DNA of 32,000 bases, taken from Thermodesulfobium narugense DSM 14796 (lineage in GTDB: Bacteria; Thermodesulfobiota; Thermodesulfobiia; Thermodesulfobiales; Thermodesulfobiaceae). The number at the start of each line of letters is the position of its first letter. Within the stretch, counting starts at the first letter, position 1. Positions 16,273-24,915 of the stretch are shown here, one piece after another. The DNA lies in assembly GCF_000212395.1 (NCBI RefSeq), contig NC_015499.1, positions 1,157,421 to 1,189,420 on the forward strand, read 5' to 3'. The notes under the pieces were generated by a model. It did not search any database, was not told the DNA's origin, and saw only the letters and a list, made by a program, of their open reading frames with translations. Made by a program: the position numbers and the translations under genes.

Positions 16273-19269
16273 TTAGGCCCTCCTCAAGTTAATCATCAAA
16301 GCTTTTGATTCCTGAATCTCAGAAGTTGGATCTCCAACATTTTCAGTCATAAGATTAGCTGAAAAAATTTCATTTTTACCGCTATCAGGATCGATTCCTA
16401 CAAACCCCCAATGCCACGGTATACCTACTATATGAAACTTTTTGCCGTCAATTATCACAGGCTGCAACCTAGACGTTACACAAGCTTGAGCCTTTACTTT
16501 GCCCCTAATAGATTCAAGCTCTACTTTGTCTCCGTTTTTAATTCCAAGTTCTTTTGCTAATTCAGGATCTATTTCAGCAAATACTTGTGGCATTTCTTCA
16601 ACCAAAATTGGAATTTTTCTAGTTATAGATCCACTTTGATAGTGTTCAGTCAATCTATATGTAGTACATATATATGGATATTTCGGATCGTTTAAAGGAG
16701 CGTATTTATCAATATCTGATTTGAAAATTATAGCTACAGGATTATTTTGTACAGGACTTAAAAGATTTTTCACAGGAGCTTCAATAGGCTCATAGTGTTC
16801 TGGGAAAGGACCATCCTTAACCAGACCTGATGGCACAAAGAGTCTTCCTCCACCTTCTGGTATCATTATGAAAGGAGCATCACCACCAGGAGCATCCGGC
16901 GCCTTTGTTGGAAGAAAATCTGGCACATCTGGACCAGTCCATTTTTTTTGAGCAGCATCCCATTTTATAACAGTTAGTTTTGGATTCCAAGGTTTGCCTT
17001 CAAGATCACAGCTAGCTCTATTGTAAAGAATTCTTCTATTTACAGGCCAAGACCATGCCCACTCAGAATTAAGCCCTATTCCCTCTTTTTCAGGCTTTCT
17101 TCTTGCAGCCAGATTTCCAGCAGGAGGATACACACCAGAATATATCCAACAGCCACATGCCGTAGAACCGTCGTCTTTGAGAGCTGCAAAACTAACTAAC
17201 TGCTTTTTTGTACTTACCTCAAACCCATTAATCTCTTTTAAAACAGAATCGATATCATATTTATCTCCACCATAACCCCATGTTAAGTTAAGCATGCCTT
17301 CAGGTGAAGGAGTAGAAGGATCATCTTTAAACTGTTTTTTTAAACCAACCACTAGCTTATCCAATATAACCATATCTTCTTTTGATTCATACATAGGTTC
17401 TATTGCCTTATACCTCATCTGAAGCCATCTGGAAGTATTAGTAGCTGAGCCATCCTTCTCAACAAAGGATGAAACTGGCAACATAAAAACTTCAGTCTTT
17501 ATGCCTTTTGGATTTGCGCCCGGCCTTTTCCAGAAATTTGCAGTCTCAGTTTCAAAAAGATCTGCAACCATAAGCCACTCAAGATTTTCCAAAGCTTTGC
17601 CAGTTTTATCTCCAAGCGGACTTGATACCAGAGGATTTTGTCCCCAGATCATCATTCCCTTTATCCCCTCATTTTTATACAAATTATCCCAAATATACAT
17701 CCAGGAAGCAGGTTTGGACCACTTTGGAAGCCAATCATATCCAAAATCGTTTTCTTTTGTTGCCGCATCCCCAAACCATGCTTTAAGCATGCTGACGACA
17801 AATTTTGGTGCATTAGACCAATAACAATCAGGAAGTGTAATCTTTTTTAGATATTCTTTAAAATTTGGATGAAGTTTTTCATTGGGAGCTGCTAGATATC
17901 CGGGTAAAGAATTATACAAAAGAGCCATATCCGTTGAGCCTTGAACGTTAGTCTCACCCCTCATAGCATTTACACCACCACCAGCCATACCTATGTTACC
18001 TAATAAAAGTTGAATAATACAAAAAGCTCTAATGTTTTGTGTACCAATTGTGTGCTGAGTTAAACCCATTGCATACATCAATGTGCCAGATTTATCAGGC
18101 GCACCAGTGGAGCTATACAACTTAGCTATTTCAAGAAATGTTTCTTTGTTTATGCCTGTAACCTTCTCCACAACTTCAGGAGTATATCTAGAATAATGTA
18201 CTTTCATTTTTTGAAAAACACAGTTTGGATCTTTAAGGGTCATATCCCTTAGTGGCTTATTATCAGGTCCAGTTTGGTAGGCCCAGCTTGCATAATTATA
18301 GGTTTTACTTTTTATATCCCATCCTGAAAAGTATCCATCCTTAAAATCATATTCAGGTTTTAAAAGATATGAAGCATTTGTGTAGTGCTTTACATAAGTT
18401 TCTTGATATTTATTATTCTGAAGAATATAGTTTATCAAACCCCCGAAAAAGGCAATATCAGTTCCAGGCCTTATTTGCGCATAGATATTTGAAAGTGCAG
18501 AAGTTCTAGTAAATCTTGGATCTACAGAAATGACTTTCCCACCACGTTCTTTACACATATTAATATATCGCGCGCTGCCTGGATGATTTTCTGCAGGATT
18601 TCCACCACAAATCATTATTACATCAGAATTTTTCACATCTATTAGCGAATTTGTCATTGCCCCTCTCCCAAAACTAGGGCCTAATGCTGTAACAGTAGAA
18701 GAGTGGCAGATTCTTGCCTGATGTTCAAGATATACAATGCCTAATGCTCTAGCAAATTTAGCAAACAGATAACATTCATCAGTGCCGTGAGCTGCTCCTC
18801 CAAGCATCGCAAGCCCCTCAGTTCTATTTACTGTTACTCCGTTTGACGTCTTTACAAACGAACTATCTCTGGTTTTTTTGATTCTTTTGACAAGCTCAGA
18901 AATAGTCCAATCCCAGCTTTTCTCTTCCCACTTGTCAGAACCAGGAGCCCTATACATTGGTTTTTTCAACCTCAATGGGCTATCGTAAATACTAAAACAG
19001 GTAGAACCCTTTGCACAAAGCCCGCCTTCGCTATTTGGATTATCTGGATCACCTTCTATGTTTACCACTTTACCACCTTTGGAATATACCAACAGTCCAC
19101 ACCCAACCCCACAATAAATGCACACAGAATTAGTAACCTTGGTATCCTTTAGCTTAAAAGGTATACTTGCGTGCGCTAATTTTGGTACAGCTACATTACC
19201 ATCTAATACCATCATTGAAGCACTAACAAAGGAAAACTTAAGAAAATCCCTTCGATTAAATTTCCCCAT
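16273..19269 (-). CDS. fdnG: Formate dehydrogenase catalytic alpha subunit (Mo/W-bis-PGD, FdnG-type), cysteine isoform
   Basis: 998 aa. It has a twin-arginine signal MGKFNRRDFLKF and an N-terminal Fe-S motif CIYCGVGCG...CAKG. The active-site block is EHQARICHSSTV, with Cys188 encoded by TGC at 18706..18708. RBS: GGGAGtgaaatgaATG. Confidence 0.93.
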   Translation of the reverse strand: MGKFNRRDFLKFSFVSASMMVLDGNVAVPKLAHASIPFKLKDTKVTNSVCIYCGVGCGLLVYSKGGKVVNIEGDPDNPNSEGGLCAKGSTCFSIYDSPLRLKKPMYRAPGSDKWEEKSWDWTISELVKRIKKTRDSSFVKTSNGVTVNRTEGLAMLGGAAHGTDECYLFAKFARALGIVYLEHQARICHSSTVTALGPSFGRGAMTNSLIDVKNSDVIMICGGNPAENHPGSARYINMCKERGGKVISVDPRFTRTSALSNIYAQIRPGTDIAFFGGLINYILQNNKYQETYVKHYTNASYLLKPEYDFKDGYFSGWDIKSKTYNYASWAYQTGPDNKPLRDMTLKDPNCVFQKMKVHYSRYTPEVVEKVTGINKETFLEIAKLYSSTGAPDKSGTLMYAMGLTQHTIGTQNIRAFCIIQLLLGNIGMAGGGVNAMRGETNVQGSTDMALLYNSLPGYLAAPNEKLHPNFKEYLKKITLPDCYWSNAPKFVVSMLKAWFGDAATKENDFGYDWLPKWSKPASWMYIWDNLYKNEGIKGMMIWGQNPLVSSPLGDKTGKALENLEWLMVADLFETETANFWKRPGANPKGIKTEVFMLPVSSFVEKDGSATNTSRWLQMRYKAIEPMYESKEDMVILDKLVVGLKKQFKDDPSTPSPEGMLNLTWGYGGDKYDIDSVLKEINGFEVSTKKQLVSFAALKDDGSTACGCWIYSGVYPPAGNLAARRKPEKEGIGLNSEWAWSWPVNRRILYNRASCDLEGKPWNPKLTVIKWDAAQKKWTGPDVPDFLPTKAPDAPGGDAPFIMIPEGGGRLFVPSGLVKDGPFPEHYEPIEAPVKNLLSPVQNNPVAIIFKSDIDKYAPLNDPKYPYICTTYRLTEHYQSGSITRKIPILVEEMPQVFAEIDPELAKELGIKNGDKVELESIRGKVKAQACVTSRLQPVIIDGKKFHIVGIPWHWGFVGIDPDSGKNEIFSANLMTENVGDPTSEIQESKALMINLRRA

Positions 19270-19281
19270 TCATTTCACTCC

Positions 19282-19323
19282 CTTGATAGTGAATATATTT
19301 TTTAATTTCAAAACACTATCAAG
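19282..19323. promoter_or_regulatory. Perfect 10-bp inverted repeat (candidate operator or leader hairpin) directly upstream of the fdnG-Cys SD
   Basis: cttgatagtg (19282..19291) and cactatcaag (19314..19323) are exact reverse complements separated by 22 nt. On the minus strand this reads CTTGATAGTG-n22-CACTATCAAG-GGAG(SD). The distal arm contains a TTGATA -35-like hexamer, and a TATATT -10-like hexamer lies between the arms (19-nt spacer). Confidence 0.35.
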
Positions 19324-19519
19324 TTTATAATAACATATTAAATTGGTAAAATAATCATTATCAAATTTAAATATTTTAAAAAAATGCTTATAAATGCTTA
19401 TATAAATAAAATATTTTTATACCATCGTTATGAAAATCAGGAGTTTTTTACAAATTGAACATTTATAAGTAATTTTACAATAAAATATTATAAAAAAGAC
19501 TTATTATTAATAATAAATA

Positions 19520-20305
19520 TTATTTGCTAATCCAAGAAGCGGCGTAAAAAATCTTAAACCATGAAGGCCTAAAATCCATATCTTTCATCGATATGTCTAA
19601 ATTCCAGCTGGATAGATAAAGCAAGGGATAAAGGTGTGTATCCTCATTTTTCTCCCTTAAGTCAAGAACCTTTAAATACATCCCACAAGCTTCACAAACC
19701 TCTACTCTCCATCCAGGAAGCTCATCTGCGCTATAATATCTCATAGACTTTTGTTCTTCATCAGCACATAGAGGGCAAACTGTCCTCCTGTGTCCCCATC
19801 TCGTATAACAGGTAGAACACACCAAACTTTTTTTCCCGTCTCCCTCAATAAAGCCTATGCCAGCACTTGAACCACAAACAGGACAAACTGGCTCATACCA
19901 TTTTGCAAGGTTACATCTTTTCGAAAGTATTTCACCAATATAAGAATAGATAGAAGAATAAACTAGTAGCTTTACAAAACCAATTTTATCCTCAGATAAA
20001 TTCAATTTATCAAATATTGTCAAACTTTTTTCATCAAAACGTACTTTTTCCTTAATTCCAAAATCATCCTTTACAATTTTCGCCAAAAAATTTAAATCCT
20101 TTTTGTACATTTTTAATTTAAATAATTCTAAATAAGACCTTCCTTCGTCAAATACTTTTTTAAATTCTTCTGTATCAATGCTTTCTTCAGGTATAAAGTC
20201 AATTATTTTGGTCAACAAACTTTCCCTACAGGAATAGTATTTATCCCAAAATTCGACCACAGACTCTAATATTGGATACTTTTCAACAAATTTTGTTAAA
20301 TTCAT
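19520..20305 (-). CDS. fdhE: Formate dehydrogenase accessory protein FdhE
   Basis: 261 aa with four CxxC motifs in the C-terminal half (CPVCGS, CSTCYTRW, CPLCADE, CEACGMYLK), as in FdhE. RBS: GGAGGttatggATG. It lies between the two FDH operons. Confidence 0.8.
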   Translation of the reverse strand: MNLTKFVEKYPILESVVEFWDKYYSCRESLLTKIIDFIPEESIDTEEFKKVFDEGRSYLELFKLKMYKKDLNFLAKIVKDDFGIKEKVRFDEKSLTIFDKLNLSEDKIGFVKLLVYSSIYSYIGEILSKRCNLAKWYEPVCPVCGSSAGIGFIEGDGKKSLVCSTCYTRWGHRRTVCPLCADEEQKSMRYYSADELPGWRVEVCEACGMYLKVLDLREKNEDTHLYPLLYLSSWNLDISMKDMDFRPSWFKIFYAASWISK

Positions 20306-20398
20306 CCATAACCTCCAGTAATTTGACTAACTTAGACAAATTTTTAAAAACAAAATTATCAGTTCATAATTATTCTGCTATTATTAAACGTTAACAAG

Positions 20399-20436
20399 AT
20401 TTGAGTGCAAAGTCAAATTAGACTTTGCACTCAAAT
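20399..20436. terminator. Strong stem-loop between fdnI copy 2 and fdhE (terminator, attenuator or RNA-stability element)
   Basis: atttgagtgcaaagtc (20399..20414) and gactttgcactcaaat (20421..20436) form a perfect 16-bp stem with a 6-nt loop. It starts 55 nt after the fdnI-2 stop. On the coding (minus) strand the trailing U-tract is weak (aucuuguu). Confidence 0.5.
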
Positions 20437-20490
20437 TAAATTTTATTTACTTCTATTTAACACTTAATCTACTTAATTTTTAAAAGTTTA

Positions 20491-21141
20491 CTATTTTTTC
20501 AACTCCTCATACCACAGAGCATTGTGATGCTTCACATAATCTTCATCTATCATGCCGCTTCCAAGCATTGTCCCCAGTTCTTTGTTCGAAGTAGGATTGA
20601 TCGCAGCAAGGTAAAAATGAACTATTACTGCAGCCCCCAAGAATGTGCCACAAAATACGTGAATCATTATAGCTATTCGAACAAGTAGTCCAGGGAAAGA
20701 CGCATAATAGAACATTATCAATCCTGTTAAACCAAGCAAAATTGAAAACACTATTATTATCCACCCTAAAAGCTTTTGTCCTGCATTGTATTTCCCCTGA
20801 GGTGGGACTTCATCAGCCTTTATTATAGGATGCAAATAACCGCCCAATATAGAGAGCCATTTCTTATCCTCAGGCGTAAACGTACTAATTGTTTTAAAGA
20901 AATTGGAAAACAGTTTAAAGTTCCAAGAAACATAAATTATTGGAAGAATTACATAAAACCATCCAAGATATTTGTGAATAAAGGCTGCGTTTCTAAGACT
21001 TCCAAATGTCATGCCTAGCACATTAGTCCATGGATAAAACAAGGAAAATCCTGTCCATAACATGATTATAAAAGTTATAAGGTGCAGCCAGTGAAAAATC
21101 CTTGTATTCTTTTTGTGCTTCTCAATCTTATTTGCAGCCAC
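20491..21141 (-). CDS. fdnI: Formate dehydrogenase gamma subunit (cytochrome b, FdnI-type), copy 2
   Basis: 216 aa, collinear with copy 1 (for example KIEKHKKNTRIFHWLHLITFI). The GTG start overlaps the fdnH-2 TAG by 1 nt (TAGTG). Confidence 0.85.
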   Translation of the reverse strand: MAANKIEKHKKNTRIFHWLHLITFIIMLWTGFSLFYPWTNVLGMTFGSLRNAAFIHKYLGWFYVILPIIYVSWNFKLFSNFFKTISTFTPEDKKWLSILGGYLHPIIKADEVPPQGKYNAGQKLLGWIIIVFSILLGLTGLIMFYYASFPGLLVRIAIMIHVFCGTFLGAAVIVHFYLAAINPTSNKELGTMLGSGMIDEDYVKHHNALWYEELKK

Positions 21142-21920
21142 TACTGTTCACCTCCCTTTTTCCCCAGGTTGAGCGCCCTATGAAGCACAACAAGGCCAGC
21201 TGCGCCTCCTAGCATTATTACTCCCAAAGGATGCAATATCCCTTTCCACAAGCCAATATCATTAGGAAACACAGGTTCTTTTGGAAGACCATATTTTTCA
21301 GGAGAATATTTTAGTATAGCAAGAACTCCGAGCCCTCCAAGTATATTTTCTCCATAAAGATTGGCTTCCGTATAGCCTTTCTTTTTCAGAACCTCAACTC
21401 TTTTCTTACCTTGCTCAACCAAATCACTTCTCTTTCCAAAAGTAAGTGCACCTGCAGGGCAGCTTTTTACACATGCTGGAATAGAAGTCTTATCAGACTC
21501 AGAGCCTTCCATTACTCTTGAATAACACATGTCACATTTGTTTATTACCTTGCCAATTTGAGGAATTCCAAAGGGACATGCACTGTGACAATAACCACAA
21601 GCAATGCACTTATTTTCGTCAAATGCTACTATTCCGTTTTCCGCTTGGAAAAGAGCTCCGCTTGGACATACCTTTACACATGCAGGATCTCCGCAATGAA
21701 AACACTGATATTTCAAAAAGTTAAAATTTGGATCTGGAGTAAAGTTGTCATAAAATTTTATAATCATCCTCGTATCAGGATTCAGGCTGGGCGGATTGGT
21801 ATATACCCCCTTAAACGTCGTAGGAACAGTCTCTTGATCGTTCCATTCTTTACAAATACTTTGACATCCTCTACAACCCATGCACTTAGAAGAATCATAC
21901 ATATAGGCCACTCTTTCCAT
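21141..21920 (-). CDS. fdnH: Formate dehydrogenase iron-sulfur beta subunit (FdnH-type), copy 2
   Basis: 259 aa with the same Cys-cluster layout and C-terminal TM anchor as copy 1. The ATG lies 1 nt after the fdnG-2 stop. Confidence 0.9.
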   Translation of the reverse strand: MERVAYMYDSSKCMGCRGCQSICKEWNDQETVPTTFKGVYTNPPSLNPDTRMIIKFYDNFTPDPNFNFLKYQCFHCGDPACVKVCPSGALFQAENGIVAFDENKCIACGYCHSACPFGIPQIGKVINKCDMCYSRVMEGSESDKTSIPACVKSCPAGALTFGKRSDLVEQGKKRVEVLKKKGYTEANLYGENILGGLGVLAILKYSPEKYGLPKEPVFPNDIGLWKGILHPLGVIMLGGAAGLVVLHRALNLGKKGGEQ

Positions 21921-21921
21921 T

Positions 21922-24915
21922 TTAGGCCCTCCTCAAGTTAATCATCAAAGCTTTTGATTCTGGAATGAGGCTAGTCGGATCGCCAACATTCTCTGTTACA
22001 AGATTCGCAGCATAAGATTCGTCTTTACCACTATCTGGGTCTATACCAACAAAGCCCCAGTTCCATGGGATTCCAACTACATGATATTTTTTGCCGTTGA
22101 TTACCATAGGCTGAACTCTAGTAGTGACACATGCTTTTGCCTTAACTTTTCCCCTTATAGATTCCAATTCTACATCGTCGCCATCTTTAATTCCCAGCTC
22201 TTTAGCAAGCTCTGGATCAATCTCAGCAAATACTTGTGGCATTTCTTCTACAGTTACAGGTATTTTTCTTGTTATTGCACCAGATTGATAATGTTCTGCA
22301 ACTCTATAAGTAGTACAAATGTATGGATATTTTGGATCGTGAAGTGGAGCGTATTTGTCTATATTTGATTTGAATATCAAAGCAATTGGATTGTTTTGAA
22401 CAGGGTTTACTTTATTTTCAACAGGGGATTCAATTGGCTCATAGTGTTCAGGGAATGGCCCATCTTTTACCAGTCCGCCTGGCACAAATAGTCTGCCCTG
22501 CCCGCCAGTTAGCATGATAAAAGGCAAAGTACCTCCTGGATCTGTGGGAGCTTTTGTGGGCAAGAAATCAGGTACATCTCTTCCAACCCATTTTTTCTGT
22601 GACGAATCCCACTTTATTACATATTTTTCTGGATTCCATGGGTTGCCTTCTAGATCACATCCTGCTCTATTATATAAAATTCTTCTGTTCACAGGCCATG
22701 CCCAACCCCATTCAGGATTAAGTCCCAACCCTGTTTTTTCTGGCTTTCTTCTTTTCGCAAGGTTCCCAGCAGGCGGATACATTCCAGAGTATATCCAACA
22801 ACCACTCGTTGTAGAACCATCGTCTTTTAGCGCTGCAAAGCCCGGAACTTGTTTTTTAGTTGCTACTTCAAACCCATTAATTTCTTTAAATACCTCATCA
22901 GCGCTGTGGTTATGACCACCATAGTTCCACGTTAAATTCAGTATTGCTTCTGGATTTGGCGTTGACGGATCTGCTTTTACTAACTCTTTTATCTTATATA
23001 TCAGATCGTGCAATATTACAGAATCTTCCCTACACTCATATAGAGGCTCAACTGCCTTGTATCTCATCTGAAGCCATCTGGAGGTATTTGTAGCTGAACC
23101 GTCTTTCTCTACCATTGAAGCTACAGGCAATAAAAATACTTCCGTTTTAATACTCTTTGGATCTGCATGTGGTCTTTTCCAGAAATTAGCAGTCTCAGTC
23201 TCAAACAAATCTGCAACCATTAACCATTCTAGATTTTCAAGAGCCTTACCCGTTTTTTCAGCAAATGGGCTGGATACCAATGGGTTTTGACCCCAAATCA
23301 TCATTCCCTTAATTCCTTCTTTTTTGTATAAATTGTCCCATATGTGCATCCATGAAGCAGGCTTAGACCACTTTGGCAGCCAATTATACCCGAAATCATT
23401 TTCTTTTGTAGCTGCATCACCAAACCATGCCTTAAGCATGCTTATAATAAACTTCGGAGCATTAACCCAATAACTATCAGGAGCAATAGATTTTTTAATA
23501 AATTCCTGAAGATTTGGATGCAATTTGTCGTTTGGTGATGGCAAGTAACCTGGAAGGGTATGGAACAAAAGGCCCATATCAGTAGAACCCTGAACATTTG
23601 CCTCACCCCTCATAGCGTTTACCCCGCCACCAGCCATACCCATATTTCCTAACAGAAGCTGAATTATACAAAAGGCTCTGATGTTCTGCGTTCCCACAGT
23701 GTGTTGAGTAAGACCCATAGCATAAATTAAGCATCCTGACTTATCTGGTGCTCCTGTGGAAGAATAAACTTCAGCAATCTTTAGAAAAGTTTCTTTTTTC
23801 ATTCCAGTAACATTCTCGACTACTTCTGGCGTATATCTTGAGTAGTGCTTTGCCAGTCTTTGAAACACACAATTTGGATCTTGGAGTGTCATGTCTTTCA
23901 AGACTTTTTTATCTGGTCCTGTTTGAAATCCCCAGGTTGCATAATTGTACATCTTTTTTGCCTCATCCCATCCAGAAAAATGGCCATCTTTGAAGTCAAA
24001 TTCAGGATTCAACAACCATGAGGCATTAGTATAATTCTTAAGATAAATTTCCTGATATTTTTTGTTTTGAATTATATAGTTGATTAAACCACCAAAAAAT
24101 ACGATATCTGTTCCTGGTCTTATTGGCGAATATATATCAGAAAGCGAAGAAGTTCTCGTAAACCTTGGATCTACAGAAATAACTATCCCACCTGAATCCT
24201 TGCACATATTAATATATCTTGCTATAGCAGGGTGATTTTCAGCAGGATTTCCCCCACAAATCATAATTACATCTGAATTTCTTACATCAGTTAAAGGATT
24301 TGTCATTGCACCTCTTCCAAAACTTGGACCCAAACTGGTCACTGTGGAAGAGTGTCATATACGTGCCTGATGTTCAAGATAAACTATCCCAAGCGATCTT
24401 GCAAATTTAGACAATAGATAACATTCATCAGTATCATGGGATGCCCCTCCAAGCTGAACAAGACCTTCGGTTCTGTTTACTGGAACTCCCCCCACTTCCT
24501 TAACAAAGGTTTCATTCCTTGTTTTCAGGATTCTTTTTGCTACCTCATTAATAGTCCAGTCCCAGCTCTTTTCTTCCCATTTATCAGAACCAGGTGCTCT
24601 ATACATAGGTTTCTTCAATCTCAGAGGATTGGAATAAACGTAGAAAGACGTTGCACCTTTTGCACAAAGTCCGCCTTCGTTGTTAGGATTGTCAGGATCG
24701 CCTTCAATGTTTACTACTTTACCATCTTTTGCATAAACAAGAAGTCCACATCCTACACCACAGTAAATACATACTGAAGGACTTACTTTAGTGTCTTTTA
24801 ACTTGAAGGGTTTTACAGAAGCCTGTGCAGGCACAGCAATATTGCCGTCCATTACCATTGCTGTAGCGCCAGCAAACGTAAGCTTTAAGAAGTCCCTCCT
24901 TCTAAGCTTCCCCAT
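21922..24915 (-). CDS. fdnG: Formate dehydrogenase catalytic alpha subunit (FdnG-type), selenocysteine isoform; in-frame UGA at 24357..24355 read as Sec
   Basis: Track ORFs 24355..24915 and 21922..24342 are in the same frame. The junction reads CAT CAG GCA CGT ATA TGA CAC TCT TCC ACA GTG ACC, that is HQARI-U-HSSTVT. This is collinear with HQARICHSSTVT in the paralogue. It also has a Tat signal (MGKLRRRDFLKL), an Fe-S motif (CIYCGVGCG) and a SECIS-like hairpin immediately 3' of the UGA. Confidence 0.88.
24309..24354 (-). promoter_or_regulatory. SECIS-like mRNA stem-loop immediately downstream of the UGA codon
   Basis: mRNA: UGA CACUCUUCCA CA G(U)GACC AGUUUG GGUCC AAGUUU UGGAAGAG(G)UG. The lower stem is 10 bp with one bulged G. 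The apical helix is 4-5 bp with a possible bulged U. The 6-nt loop is centred about 19-24 nt after the UGA. Confidence 0.65.

Larger units (their letters stand above)
14839..19284 (-). repeat. Tandem segmental duplication, copy A (fdnG-Cys, fdnH, fdnI)
   Basis: Collinear with 20491..24930 at an offset of about 5.65 kb. Similarity starts 15 nt upstream of the fdnG ATG (tcatttcactccctt is identical in both copies) and stops at the fdnI stop codon. Confidence 0.9.

Noticed and set aside
19492-19516. AT-only palindrome ttattattaataataa followed (minus strand) by gtCTTTTTT as the fdhE terminator
   Set aside because: The stem has no G-C pairs and essentially no loop, so it is too weak to call. It may still contribute in an AT-rich genome.
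15869-24777. Antisense or overlapping track ORFs inside the FDH genes (for example 15869..16075, 17501..17850, 19118..19330, 20776..21018, 21518..21941, 22081..22915, 24436..24777)
   Set aside because: Each is fully embedded opposite strongly recognisable FDH coding sequence and has no recognisable motifs. The pairs that recur in both copies simply mirror the duplication.
21922-24915. Reading the two ORF-track pieces as a disrupted pseudogene or two separate genes
   Set aside because: The single interruption is a TGA at the exact active-site Sec/Cys position, and the frame is preserved. A SECIS-like hairpin follows. Both flanks remain highly similar to the intact paralogue, with no further stops or frameshifts.
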